Shown piece after piece: positions 1 to 10,791 of a stretch of DNA of 36,771 nucleotides (positions within the stretch are counted from its first letter, which is position 1; each line of letters starts with the position of its first letter). The position numbers were made by a program, and so were the translations under genes. The notes under the pieces were generated by a model. That model did no database searches. It had not been told where the DNA came from and worked only from the letters and a program-made list of their open reading frames with translations. The DNA lies in sequence record SRR22947725_4722. One strand, written 5' to 3'.

Positions 1-122
1 TTGCCGTCTTCCCACTCCATGGTCTTCTCACTCTTCGCGGTGGAGCGGGTCAGAAAGGTTTCCCCGGAGGTAAGGTCGCGGAAAACAATCGTGTTGTAGT
101 CGGGGTGAATATCTGTCTTCAT
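1..122 (-). CDS. rpmE2: 50S ribosomal protein L31 type B (5' part; runs off window start)
   Basis: Not in the ORF track. Manual translation from ATG at 122 gives [40 protein letters not shown], an L31 N-terminus without the Cys zinc motif. SD-like AAGGA lies upstream. Confidence 0.93.
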   Translation of the reverse strand, partial: MKTDIHPDYNTIVFRDLTSGETFLTRSTAKSEKTMEWEDG

Positions 123-177
123 AGCAAAATCCTTTATCGAACCGATACCAGGTCATCAGAAAACTGGCGAAGCTCCG

Positions 178-183
178 ACTTTA
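178..183 (-). promoter_or_regulatory. Putative -10 box (TAAAGT) for rpmE2
   Basis: TANNNT hexamer in the 70-bp intergenic region, about 55 nt upstream of the start codon. Confidence 0.5.
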
Positions 184-192
184 CCAGGAAAA

Positions 193-975
193 TCACAAAG
201 CTGTGGCCTGAAAACGTCCATTGTTGTGTGTGACGGAAAGGGGTCGGCTGAAGGCGTCTGAAAGCACGGCACCTGTGAGCGTCTCTTCCAACAATCCCTT
301 GGCGACGATTCTGCCATCGGCAATTACAAGAAGGTGCGTGAATCCGCTGGGAATTTCTTCCACGTGGTGAGTCACCATCACCATCGCTGGTGAGGTGGGC
401 TCACCCGCAAAGTGATCGAGCATCTCGATGACGTCCTCTCTGGCGCCCACGTCGAGACTGCCTGCGGGTTCATCCAGCAGCAACATCTCGGGGTCCGTCA
501 TGACAGCCCTGGCAATTTGGACGCGTTTACGTTCACCATCAGAGAGCGTGCGCATCGTGGATTCGGCCAGATTCTCCAGGTTCCATTCGGCGAGCACGCG
601 CTGCGCGCGCCTAATGTCGATTGATTCGTAGTCTTCCTTCCACCGACCGGTGACGCCATAAGCGGCGGTGAGGATGGTGTCGAGAACTGTTTCGTTATAG
701 GGAATCCGGTTGGCCATGCCACTCGAGGCAAATCCCACCCGCGGACGCAGGTCAAAAACATCTGTTTTTCCTAGCGTTTCTCCCAAAACAACGACTGTTC
801 CCGAGCTGGGGTGAGAAAACGATGCCAGAAGGGCCAAAAGGGTGGTTTTTCCTGCGCCGTTAGGGCCAACAATGACCCAGCGCTCGCTTGAATCAATGTC
901 CCAGGAGATGTCTGAGAGGATGCGCGACCCCTCTTTGGTGACGCTGACGGCGTCGAAGGAAGCAACAAGGGACAT
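193..975 (-). CDS. ABC transporter ATP-binding protein (ModF/YlmA-like, no adjacent permease)
   Basis: Walker A GPNGAGKT, signature LSDGE, Walker B LLLDEP, H-loop VTHH; 260 aa. Confidence 0.85.
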   Translation of the reverse strand: MSLVASFDAVSVTKEGSRILSDISWDIDSSERWVIVGPNGAGKTTLLALLASFSHPSSGTVVVLGETLGKTDVFDLRPRVGFASSGMANRIPYNETVLDTILTAAYGVTGRWKEDYESIDIRRAQRVLAEWNLENLAESTMRTLSDGERKRVQIARAVMTDPEMLLLDEPAGSLDVGAREDVIEMLDHFAGEPTSPAMVMVTHHVEEIPSGFTHLLVIADGRIVAKGLLEETLTGAVLSDAFSRPLSVTHNNGRFQATAL

Positions 976-984
976 GGTTCCCCC

Positions 985-1030
985 AGACTACTCCACCGAT
1001 AGGGGGCGTAAATGGGCTATCCACTACGCT
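985..1030. promoter_or_regulatory. Divergent -10 boxes: TAGTCT (minus, 985-990) and TACGCT (plus, 1025-1030)
   Basis: TAGTCT is 9 nt before the ABC ATPase ATG. TACGCT is 6 nt before the glgC GTG, the spacing of a leaderless gene. Confidence 0.6.
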
Positions 1031-1036
1031 TGGAGG

Positions 1037-2274
1037 GTGTCGTCGCCCAAAGCGTTCGGAATTGTCCTCGCAGGAGGCGAGGGCAAGCGACTGATGCCCC
1101 TCACCGCAGATCGCGCCAAGCCCGCCGTTCCCTTTGCCGGTCATTACCGCCTGGTGGATTTCGCGATTTCGAACCTGATCAACTCAAGCCTGCGTCAAGT
1201 AGTGGTGCTCACTCAGTACAAGTCCCATTCGCTCGACCGTCACGTGTCTCAAATGTGGCGTTTAAGCGGGATGCTCAACGCCTACGTCGCCTCGGTTCCT
1301 GCCCAACAAAGGCTCGGAAAACGCTGGTTTGCCGGCTCTGCGGATGCCATCTTCCAAAGCTTGAACCTTATCGGTGATGAGAAGCCCGATCTGGTGGTCG
1401 TGGTGGGTGCGGACCACGTCTATCGGATGGACTTTCAGCAGATGATCGAGGCGCACCTCGCCAGCGGCGCAGGAGTAACAGTGGCGGGCATCCGTCAGCC
1501 CCGGGAAATGTCGGACCAGTTCGGCGTCATCACGACCGGCTCCCAGCACCCAGACAAAATCACCGCTTTTACCGAAAAGCCGAAGAACCCCGAGGGCCTG
1601 CCCGACTCTCCCGACGAAGTGTTGGCGTCAATGGGAAACTACGTTTTCACCACCAAAGCGCTGGTGGATGCTGTCCGCGCCGACGCCAAAGATGTGGAAT
1701 CTGATCATGACATGGGTGGGGACATCATCCCCGCGTTCGTGGAGCGTGGGGACGCGTATGTGTATGACTTGAATCGAAACAAAATTCCTGGTGCGCGCGA
1801 GAACGACCGCTTTTATTGGCGGGATGTCGGGACAATCGATGCCTTTTTTGATGCCCACCAGGACCTTATTTCCATCGACCCGGCGTTCAACCTGTTCAAT
1901 GCTGATTGGCCAATCTATTCCCAGCAGTGGAATTCGCCACCGGCCAAGTTCGTGCAAGACCAGAATGGCAACCCCGGTTCGTTATCTGAGTCCACGGTGT
2001 CGCTGGGGTGTTACGTCGTCGGGGCAAAGGTTTCCCGAAGCGTGTTGGGCCCCTGGGTCAAAATCGATTCTGGAGCGGTGGTCGAGGACTCCATTCTCTT
2101 CGAGAGGGTAGTGGTGGGTGCGGGCGCCCATATCCACCGCGCCATTCTCGACAAAGATGTCGTGCTGGAACCAGGTGCGAAGGTCGGGATTGACCAGGGA
2201 GCAGATAAAGCCCGTGGCTTCACTCGCTCGGAAGGTGGCGTCACGGTTGTGGAGAAGGGAACGGTAGTGACCGC

Positions 2275-2278
<4 letters not shown>
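1037..2278 (+). CDS. glgC: Glucose-1-phosphate adenylyltransferase (ADP-glucose pyrophosphorylase)
   Basis: Motifs [46 protein letters not shown] and a C-terminal beta-helix. Start moved from 842 to GTG 1037 because the 842 start overlaps the divergent gene; 413 aa. Confidence 0.95.
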
Positions 2279-3940
<1,662 letters not shown>

Positions 3941-3944
<4 letters not shown>

Positions 3945-4159
3945 TTATCCCAGGGGCACCTACCGAGGGACTTCGATGTTCCAGGACATCGTGTCGCGAG
4001 ACGCCCCGATGGCAAATCCAGTGGCGAAACCCCAAAATTCATGCGGCGGATCGGACGAAGGTTTGGCTGTCCTGCGAAGCACATAAGGAATACTTTGTCG
4101 GGTATCTCGACCAACGCAGTTTCCCGGTCAGTGCAGTGGCTCTCCCGAGCGAGCAGTAA
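3941..4159 (+). CDS. Conserved small hypothetical protein with CxxxxC...CxxH motif
   Basis: CSRTSC...WRNPKIH...KVWLSCEAH. GTGA overlap with the DUF3099 stop; ends 1 nt before SURF1. Confidence 0.75.
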
Positions 4160-4160
4160 C

Positions 4161-4961
4161 GTGTTTCGCCAGTTTTTTAGCTCCAGGTGGTTGGGCTATT
4201 TCTCCCTGACGGTTGTGTTTGCGATCGTCTCGACACTATTTGGCCTGTGGCAGTGGGACCGGCGAGGCCAGGCGGTGGCAGCCATGGATCGCGTGGAAAA
4301 CAACTGGGACGCTAACTCCCTTAGTGTGGAGGACTTTCTAGAGACCAATCCCCTGCCTTCGGTCGAGGACGAATGGACCCCCCTGGTGCTAGAGGGTCGA
4401 TACGAAAGGGAAGACCAGCTCCTCGTGCGAACAAGACCCCGTGCCGGTCTGGTCGGGTTTGAAGTTCTTGTTCCTTTCGTCTCGGGAGAAAAAGCTGTCT
4501 TGGTCTCCAGGGGCTGGGTGCCCACTGGTGAAGCATCCGACTTCCCCGATGCGATACCGGAAGTCCCCCAAGGAGACGTCACCCTGGTAGCACGGGTCAA
4601 AATGTGGGAGCCACAGCTTCGGGGTCGCGGCGCGCCAGAGGGTCAGGTCGCCACCATCAACGTGGTTGACGTCGTTGCCCAAACCACGACGGCGCTCACC
4701 CAGGAGTTCTATCTCATCGCGGACACCGAAGAACCCGCGCCAGCCTCTCTTCCGCTGCGCACCCTTCGCCCCGTTCTGGATGAAGGTCCCCACTTGAGTT
4801 ACACCTTCCAGTGGTATCTCTTCGCCGTCATGGCCTTCGTGGGCTTTGGCTGGATGTTCCGACAGGAGTGGCGCGTCTCTCGGGGTATTGAAGCCCCCTC
4901 TGCCCCACACCCCTCTGACGCCGAAGAAGAGGATTCTTTGCTGGAGCAGTCCCCGGCTTAG
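4161..4961 (+). CDS. SURF1-family cytochrome oxidase biogenesis protein
   Basis: N-terminal TM followed by GLWQWDR, VLVSRGWVP, GPHLSYTFQWYLFA and a C-terminal TM. Start moved to GTG 4161; 266 aa. Confidence 0.9.
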   Translation: MFRQFFSSRWLGYFSLTVVFAIVSTLFGLWQWDRRGQAVAAMDRVENNWDANSLSVEDFLETNPLPSVEDEWTPLVLEGRYEREDQLLVRTRPRAGLVGFEVLVPFVSGEKAVLVSRGWVPTGEASDFPDAIPEVPQGDVTLVARVKMWEPQLRGRGAPEGQVATINVVDVVAQTTTALTQEFYLIADTEEPAPASLPLRTLRPVLDEGPHLSYTFQWYLFAVMAFVGFGWMFRQEWRVSRGIEAPSAPHPSDAEEEDSLLEQSPA

Positions 4962-6556
4962 GCGAGAGAGACCAGGTCGGCGTATTCGTCGCTCCAGTGG
5001 TCTTCCACCCCATCGGGCATGATGAGCACCCGTTCGGGGTTCAGAGCGAGAACGGCTCCGTCATCGTGGCTGACTAACACCACAGAACCCGAGTAGTGCG
5101 CCAGGGCGTCGAGGATCTCTTCGCGGCTGGCAGGGTCGAGGTTGTTGGTGGGCTCATCAAGCAGCAACACGTTTGCCTTCGACACCACGAGGGTCGCGAG
5201 CGAAAGTCTGGTTTTCTCGCCGCCGGAGAGAACACCGGCAGGCTTCAACACGTCATCCCCGGTAAAGAGAAACGAACCCAGCACCGAGCGGGCTTCGCGC
5301 TCGCCGATGTCAGGGGAAGAGGCGAGCATGTTTTCCAAAACCGTCCGGTCCACGTCCAAAGTTTCGTGTTCCTGGGCGTAGTAGCCGATGCGCAAACCGT
5401 GACCAGCCTCGATCACTCCCGTGTCTGGTGCATCAACGCCGGCGAGGATCCGCAACAGCGTTGTTTTACCCGCTCCGTTGAGACCAACGATGACGACTTT
5501 TGACCCTCGGTCGATCGCCAAGTCAACAGCGGTGAAGATTTCGAGCGACCCGTAGCTCTTGGAAAGATTGTGCCCAAACAGCGGTGTTTTCCCGCAGGCC
5601 GCCGGGTCGGGGAATCGCAGTTTGGCGACACGTTCCGTGCCGCGGACGTCATCGAGGCCCGCGAGCATACGTTCCGCCCGGGCCACCATTTGGTGGGCGG
5701 AGGCGGCTTTACTGGCCTTGGCGCCAAACTTTGCGGCCTGGAGTTGCAGGGCGGTTGCCTTCTTCTCGGTGATGCTGCGTTCCTTACGACGGCGCTCTTC
5801 GTCAGCTTCCCGCTGGCGGAGGTAGTGCTTCCAGGACATGTTGTAGATGTCGATGGTGGAACGCATGGCATCCAAATAGAAAACGCGGTTAACGGTTTCC
5901 TCCACCAGGCCGACATCGTGGGAAATCACGATAACTCCGCCGGGATAGCCTTGAAGGAAGTTGCGCAACCAGACCACAGAATCTGCATCCAGGTGGTTGG
6001 TGGGTTCGTCCAGCACCATCAACGGGGCGTTCTGGAACAAAATACGGGCGAGTTCGATGCGTCGCCGTTGTCCACCAGAAAGCGTGCCAAGCTCCTGATC
6101 CAGCGTGGTGTGGGGCAAGTTCAGGTGCGAAGCGATCGTGGCAGCCTCTGCTTCGGCCTGATAACCGCCGGCTGCCAAGAACTGATCGTTGAGGCGTCCA
6201 TACTTTTTCATCGCAGCGGCAGAGACTGCTTCGTCACCACTTGCCATATCGGTCGTGGCTTTCGACATCCCCTCGATGAGGTGGCCTAAGCCCCTGGCGT
6301 CCAGGATTCTGGTTCTCGCGGACTCGTGGGGGTTAGCGGCCCGCGGGTCCTGGGGCAGGTAACCGACTTCACCCGTGACCTTCGCGTACCCTTCGGTCGC
6401 AGCGAAGTCCCCTGCGATCACCTTGGTCAGCGTTGTCTTTCCCGCTCCGTTGCGGCCTACCAAGCCCACTTTGTCACCAGTGTCAACACGAAAGGACACG
6501 CCGTCGAGGAGCACGCGCGCGCCAATACGTATTTGAAGGTCTTTAACCTCAAGCAT
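4958..6556 (-). CDS. ABC-F family ATPase (two NBDs, no TM domain)
   Basis: Two Walker A motifs (GRNGAGKT, GLNGAGKT), signatures LSGGQ and LSGGE, LDEPTNHLD and LDEPTNNLD, charged inter-domain linker; 532 aa. Confidence 0.92.
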   Translation of the reverse strand: MLEVKDLQIRIGARVLLDGVSFRVDTGDKVGLVGRNGAGKTTLTKVIAGDFAATEGYAKVTGEVGYLPQDPRAANPHESARTRILDARGLGHLIEGMSKATTDMASGDEAVSAAAMKKYGRLNDQFLAAGGYQAEAEAATIASHLNLPHTTLDQELGTLSGGQRRRIELARILFQNAPLMVLDEPTNHLDADSVVWLRNFLQGYPGGVIVISHDVGLVEETVNRVFYLDAMRSTIDIYNMSWKHYLRQREADEERRRKERSITEKKATALQLQAAKFGAKASKAASAHQMVARAERMLAGLDDVRGTERVAKLRFPDPAACGKTPLFGHNLSKSYGSLEIFTAVDLAIDRGSKVVIVGLNGAGKTTLLRILAGVDAPDTGVIEAGHGLRIGYYAQEHETLDVDRTVLENMLASSPDIGEREARSVLGSFLFTGDDVLKPAGVLSGGEKTRLSLATLVVSKANVLLLDEPTNNLDPASREEILDALAHYSGSVVLVSHDDGAVLALNPERVLIMPDGVEDHWSDEYADLVSLA

Positions 6557-6571
6557 GCAAAACCACCAGGT

Positions 6572-6590
6572 CAGGCAAGAAGATCGCCTG
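6572..6590 (-). terminator. Hairpin between sufT and ABC-F (possible terminator or processing stem)
   Basis: Minus-strand RNA CAGGCGA-UCUUC-UUGCCUG; no immediate U-tract. Confidence 0.35.
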
Positions 6591-6595
6591 CGTTG

Positions 6596-6928
6596 TTAGA
6601 TAGAGAATCCGAGAGCTCTCATCATGTCACGACCATCGGCAGTAATGCGCTCTTGACCCCAGGGGGGCATCCATACCCAATTGATGCGAAAACGCTCCAC
6701 AATTCCATCGAGATTGTTGGTGATCTCTTCTTCGATGACATCGGTCAGCGGGCAACCAGCAGAAGTGAGAGTCATGCTGACGATAAGGGCGTCTTCCTCG
6801 TCGTCCCAGGAGAGGTCATAAATCAGACCCAAGTCAACGATGTTGACCCCTAGTTCCGGGTCAATGACGTCCTTCAAGCCCTCTTCGACCTGGTCGAACT
6901 TCTCCGCAGTCAGCGCAACGGTGGCCAT
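6596..6928 (-). CDS. sufT: Metal-sulfur cluster assembly factor (DUF59/SufT)
   Basis: DVIDPELGVNIVDLGLIY, MTLTSAGCPL and WVWMPPW; last gene of the suf operon. Confidence 0.9.
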   Translation of the reverse strand: MATVALTAEKFDQVEEGLKDVIDPELGVNIVDLGLIYDLSWDDEEDALIVSMTLTSAGCPLTDVIEEEITNNLDGIVERFRINWVWMPPWGQERITADGRDMMRALGFSI

Positions 6929-6930
6929 GG

Positions 6931-7701
6931 CTAGCCCGCCGCCATCTTCGTATTCGGCACGTAGCGGTCATACCCTTCGTCCTCGAGCTTCACTGCGAGC
7001 TCAGGACCTCCGGATTCAGCAATCTGACCATCGACCATGACGTGGACAAAGTCAGGCTTGATGTATTTCAAAATGCGGGTGTAGTGGGTGATCAACAAAA
7101 CGCCTAACCCGGTGTTGGCTTTGGCCCGGTTGACACCCTTGCCTACGATCTTCAGCGCATCCACGTCCAAACCGGAATCCGTCTCGTCCAAGACGGCAAA
7201 CTTAGGCTTCAACAGCTCGAGTTGCATGATTTCATGGCGCTTCTTCTCGCCACCAGAGAATCCTTCATTCACGTTGCGCTGGGCAAACCCTGGTTCCATG
7301 CTGAGGTCTTCCATCGCGCTTTTGAGCTGCTTGACCCATTCCCGCAAGGCAGGAGCACTTCCATCGATGGCGGTCTTCGCGGTGCGGAGGAAGTTTGTGA
7401 CGGTGACTCCTGGAATCTCGACGGGGTACTGCATCGCCAAGAAAAGCCCGGCGCGGGCGCGTTCGTCCGGTGCCATGGCCAAAACGTCGACGCCATCAAG
7501 AGTGATGCTGCCTTGTGTGACCGAGTATCGAGGGTGGCCGGCAATCGTGTAGGCAAGAGTGGACTTTCCCGACCCGTTGGGTCCCATGATCGCGTGGGTT
7601 GAGTCCTGGTCAAGGCTCAGTGTTACACCTTTCAAGATCTCAATTGCCCCGCCCTCTGTTTCGATGGAAACGTGAAGGTCTTTGATGTCCAATGTGCTCA
7701 T
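6931..7701 (-). CDS. sufC: Fe-S cluster assembly ATPase SufC
   Basis: MGPNGSGKST, FLAMQYPVEIPGV, RNVNEGFSGGEKKR, LDETDSGLDVDAL. Confidence 0.97.
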   Translation of the reverse strand: MSTLDIKDLHVSIETEGGAIEILKGVTLSLDQDSTHAIMGPNGSGKSTLAYTIAGHPRYSVTQGSITLDGVDVLAMAPDERARAGLFLAMQYPVEIPGVTVTNFLRTAKTAIDGSAPALREWVKQLKSAMEDLSMEPGFAQRNVNEGFSGGEKKRHEIMQLELLKPKFAVLDETDSGLDVDALKIVGKGVNRAKANTGLGVLLITHYTRILKYIKPDFVHVMVDGQIAESGGPELAVKLEDEGYDRYVPNTKMAAG

Positions 7702-8036
7702 GATGCTGCGCTTTCTGGGCTCTGGGGGGTGGGATCGACATACACGTCGCCGTCGGTGACGGTTACGCGGTAAACGGGCACCGGCTCAAAGGCCGGAAAG
7801 TTGAGGGGTTTGCCGGTGTCAAGATTGAACTTTGAACCGTGGGCCCAGCATTCCAGGGTGTTGTCTTCCACGAAACCCTCCGCGAGAGAAATCTCGCCAT
7901 GGCTACAGGTGTCGCCGATGGCATGAAGGTCTCCTGCAGAGTCCTTCACCAACGCGATCGGCACCCCGTCGATAGTCACTTTTACTGCGGCGGAGACGCT
8001 GACGTCATTCACTGCGCATACTTTCACCGCACTCAT
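7698..8036 (-). CDS. Rieske-type [2Fe-2S] ferredoxin
   Basis: CSH...CWAH ligand pattern; 4-nt overlaps with both sufD and sufC. Confidence 0.9.
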   Translation of the reverse strand: MSAVKVCAVNDVSVSAAVKVTIDGVPIALVKDSAGDLHAIGDTCSHGEISLAEGFVEDNTLECWAHGSKFNLDTGKPLNFPAFEPVPVYRVTVTDGDVYVDPTPQSPESAAS

Positions 8037-9208
8037 GTGGCTTTCTCCGTCTGCGTTAGCTTTTCCTGCATCACGATGGTGAGCTCTCCGGAAAGTTCCG
8101 TGTCGTCAATCTTCTGGATGATTTCGATAAGGAACCCCAGAACGACGAGACGTCGGGCTTCGAGCTCCTCAATCCCCCGTGACTGAAGATAGAAAAGTTG
8201 TTCGTCATCGAAGCGACCGGTCGCGCTTGCGTGGCCAGCTCCCTTGATATCACCGGTCTTAATCTCAAGGTTGGGGATGGAGTCCGCTCTGGTTCCTTCA
8301 CTCAGGACGAGGTTTCGATTTTGTTCATACGAATCGGTGCCCACTGCATCAGGTCCGATCAAGACATCGCCCACCCAGACGGTCCGCGCACCCTTGCCAT
8401 GGAGCGCACCCTTGTAATTCACGCGAGACACAGTCTGCGCCCCCACATGATTGACATACACACGGTGTTCTTGGTGTTGCGTGGCATCGGCAAAGTAGCC
8501 GCCAAAAAGGTGGCCTTCGGAACGCTCTCCGACCAAATGGACGCTGGGATTGAGGATCACAACATCGCCACCCACATCGACAACGATATGGGTGAAGGAC
8601 GCGTCCTTACCTATCTGGGCGAAATGACTCGCATAGTGGATGCTCCCGCTATCCCACTGGCCCACGAAGACTGCTTGGAGGCTCGAGCCTTCGCCCAGAT
8701 CAAACTCGACCGTTTCTGCGAGAGTCGCGAGGCCCTTGGATACCATCACCAACGTGGCCTTAGCGCCCGGCTTGACGGTCACGATCGTGTGACCAGACTT
8801 GGCGTCATCCCCGAGATTGTCCCGCAGTATTCGCAGAGGCTCTGGATGCTGACCCTCGATGGTGACCAGTAAAACTTCCTGGTTCTGCTCCCACGCATTG
8901 GCGGTCAAACGGTCTTCGGGAAGCCCTGCGACACCACGTTTCACCAGCGTTGTGGAATTCCACTCCACGCTGAAGCCGGTGGATGGGGTGGAATCAACCA
9001 GATAGCGATGGCCGTCCAAGACTCCCTCAATGAGGGGACGAAGCTTCTCCACGGGACTCAGTTTCCACTGTGCCTCTCTACCGGTGACGGCAGGGAAAAG
9101 CGCGACCTGATCGGAGCTGAAGAATTCGGACCGGCTTTGGACAGGAATCACGCTTGGCGCGACCGTATCCGGGTCCGCCGTGGTGGTGACGGGAGAGGGT
9201 GTGCTCAT
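8033..9208 (-). CDS. sufD: Fe-S cluster assembly protein SufD
   Basis: SufBD beta-helix with ADSIPNLEI...[24 protein letters not shown]; follows sufB. Confidence 0.94.
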   Translation of the reverse strand: MSTPSPVTTTADPDTVAPSVIPVQSRSEFFSSDQVALFPAVTGREAQWKLSPVEKLRPLIEGVLDGHRYLVDSTPSTGFSVEWNSTTLVKRGVAGLPEDRLTANAWEQNQEVLLVTIEGQHPEPLRILRDNLGDDAKSGHTIVTVKPGAKATLVMVSKGLATLAETVEFDLGEGSSLQAVFVGQWDSGSIHYASHFAQIGKDASFTHIVVDVGGDVVILNPSVHLVGERSEGHLFGGYFADATQHQEHRVYVNHVGAQTVSRVNYKGALHGKGARTVWVGDVLIGPDAVGTDSYEQNRNLVLSEGTRADSIPNLEIKTGDIKGAGHASATGRFDDEQLFYLQSRGIEELEARRLVVLGFLIEIIQKIDDTELSGELTIVMQEKLTQTEKAT

Positions 9209-10627
9209 TTAGCCGACAGACCCTTCCATGTTCATTTCAATCAGCTTGTTGAGTTCAAGGGCGTATTCCATGGGGAGCTCTCTGGCAATCGGCTCGATGA
9301 AGCCGCGGACAATCATCGCCATGGCTTCATCTTCGGGCATGCCCCTGCTCTGCAGGTAGAAAAGCTGTTCTTCGCTGACCCTCGACACGGTCGCTTCGTG
9401 CCCAAGCTGAACATCGTCCACGCGAATGTCGATGGCTGGATAGGTGTCGCTTCGCGAAATGGTATCCACTAGGAGAGCATCACACCGCACGGTGTTAGCG
9501 GAGCGGTGGGCATTTTCATCCATCCGCACCTCACCGCGGTATCCGGCTCGTCCCCCGCCACGGGCGATGGACTTGGACACAATCGAAGAGGTCGTATAGG
9601 GGGCCATGTGAACCATTTTTGCTCCGGCGTCTTGGTGCTGACCGGGGCCGGCGAAAGCAACCGAGAGGGTTTCGCCTTTAGCTCGCTCGCCCACCAGGAA
9701 GACGGAGGGGTACTTCATCGTGACCTTGGAACCCAGGTTTCCATCGATCCACTCCATGGTGGCACCTTCGTGAGCGATAGCACGCTTGGTGACCAGGTTG
9801 TAGACGTTGGTGGACCAGTTCTGAATAGTGGTGTATCGAACACGGGCGTTCTTCTTGACGATGATTTCCACGACAGCCGAATGAAGCGAGTCGCTGGAAT
9901 AGATCGGAGCCGTGCAACCCTCGATGTAGTGAACGTAACTGCCCTCGTCAGCGATAATCAGGGTTCGCTCAAATTGACCCATGTTTTCCGTGTTAATCCG
10001 AAAATACGCCTGCAGGGGTATCTCTACGTGGACTCCCGGTGGGACGTAAACGAACGAGCCCCCTGACCACACGGCCGCGTTCAAAGCGGAGAACTTGTTA
10101 TCCCCGGCCGGAATTACGGTGCCAAAGTACTCGGTGAAGAACTCGGGGTGCTCCCGCAATGCAGTGTCCGTGTCGAGGAACAACACGCCCTGTTCCTCCA
10201 GATCTTCTCGAATCTGGTGGTACACCACTTCGGATTCGTACTGGGCGGCCACGCCAGCGACCAGGCGAGAACGTTCTGCTTCGGGAATTCCTAGGCGTTC
10301 GTAGGTGTTGCGGATGTCCTCGGGGAGGTCTTCCCACGTTTGGGCCTGACGCTCAGTGGAGCGGACAAAATACTTGATGTTGTCGAAGTGAATGCCGGAG
10401 AGATCGGCGCCAAATTGTGGCATGGGCTTCTTGTAGAAAAGGGCGAGTGCCTTCAGGCGAAGCTTCAGCATCCATTCCGGTTCATTCTTGAGCGCAGAAA
10501 TTTCGCGCACCACTTGCTCGGAGAGCCCGCGCTTAGCGATCGCACCCGCATTGTCTTTGTCGTGCCAACCAAATTCGTATTGCCCAAGACCCTCAAGGTC
10601 GGGACGGTCGAGGAGTACATCAGACAT
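9209..10627 (-). CDS. sufB: Fe-S cluster assembly protein SufB (no intein)
   Basis: [44 protein letters not shown]; 472 aa, uninterrupted. Confidence 0.97.
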   Translation of the reverse strand: MSDVLLDRPDLEGLGQYEFGWHDKDNAGAIAKRGLSEQVVREISALKNEPEWMLKLRLKALALFYKKPMPQFGADLSGIHFDNIKYFVRSTERQAQTWEDLPEDIRNTYERLGIPEAERSRLVAGVAAQYESEVVYHQIREDLEEQGVLFLDTDTALREHPEFFTEYFGTVIPAGDNKFSALNAAVWSGGSFVYVPPGVHVEIPLQAYFRINTENMGQFERTLIIADEGSYVHYIEGCTAPIYSSDSLHSAVVEIIVKKNARVRYTTIQNWSTNVYNLVTKRAIAHEGATMEWIDGNLGSKVTMKYPSVFLVGERAKGETLSVAFAGPGQHQDAGAKMVHMAPYTTSSIVSKSIARGGGRAGYRGEVRMDENAHRSANTVRCDALLVDTISRSDTYPAIDIRVDDVQLGHEATVSRVSEEQLFYLQSRGMPEDEAMAMIVRGFIEPIARELPMEYALELNKLIEMNMEGSVG

Positions 10628-10690
10628 GGTCGCTCTTTCTGGTGCGGGGGTTACGGGAAAAACTTCCAGGATTCTCCAGCACTTGCCTTC

Positions 10691-10757
10691 TAGACTCTCA
10701 GAAACGAGCTGAATAAGCCGTGTGAAGGACCTCTGGAGCGTGGATTACCCCACTCTA
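10691..10757. promoter_or_regulatory. Face-to-face -10 boxes: TAGACT (plus, 10691-10696, for ctaA) and TAGAGT (minus, 10752-10757, for suf)
   Basis: Both match the TANNNT pattern seen throughout the window. Confidence 0.45.
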
Positions 10758-10791
10758 GAGCGTTCGGGCCCTTTTGTCAGAGGATATTTTT

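Noticed and set aside
185-200. Zur-like half site GAAAATCA upstream of rpmE2
   Set aside because: There is no palindromic second half.
842-1036. N-terminal extensions in the ORF track for glgC, and likewise fabG, SURF1, ctaB and uvrB
   Set aside because: They overlap neighbouring genes or promoters and lack family-like sequence; better-supported downstream starts exist.
9209-10627. SufB intein as in M. tuberculosis
   Set aside because: The EGCTAP region is continuous and the protein has normal length.
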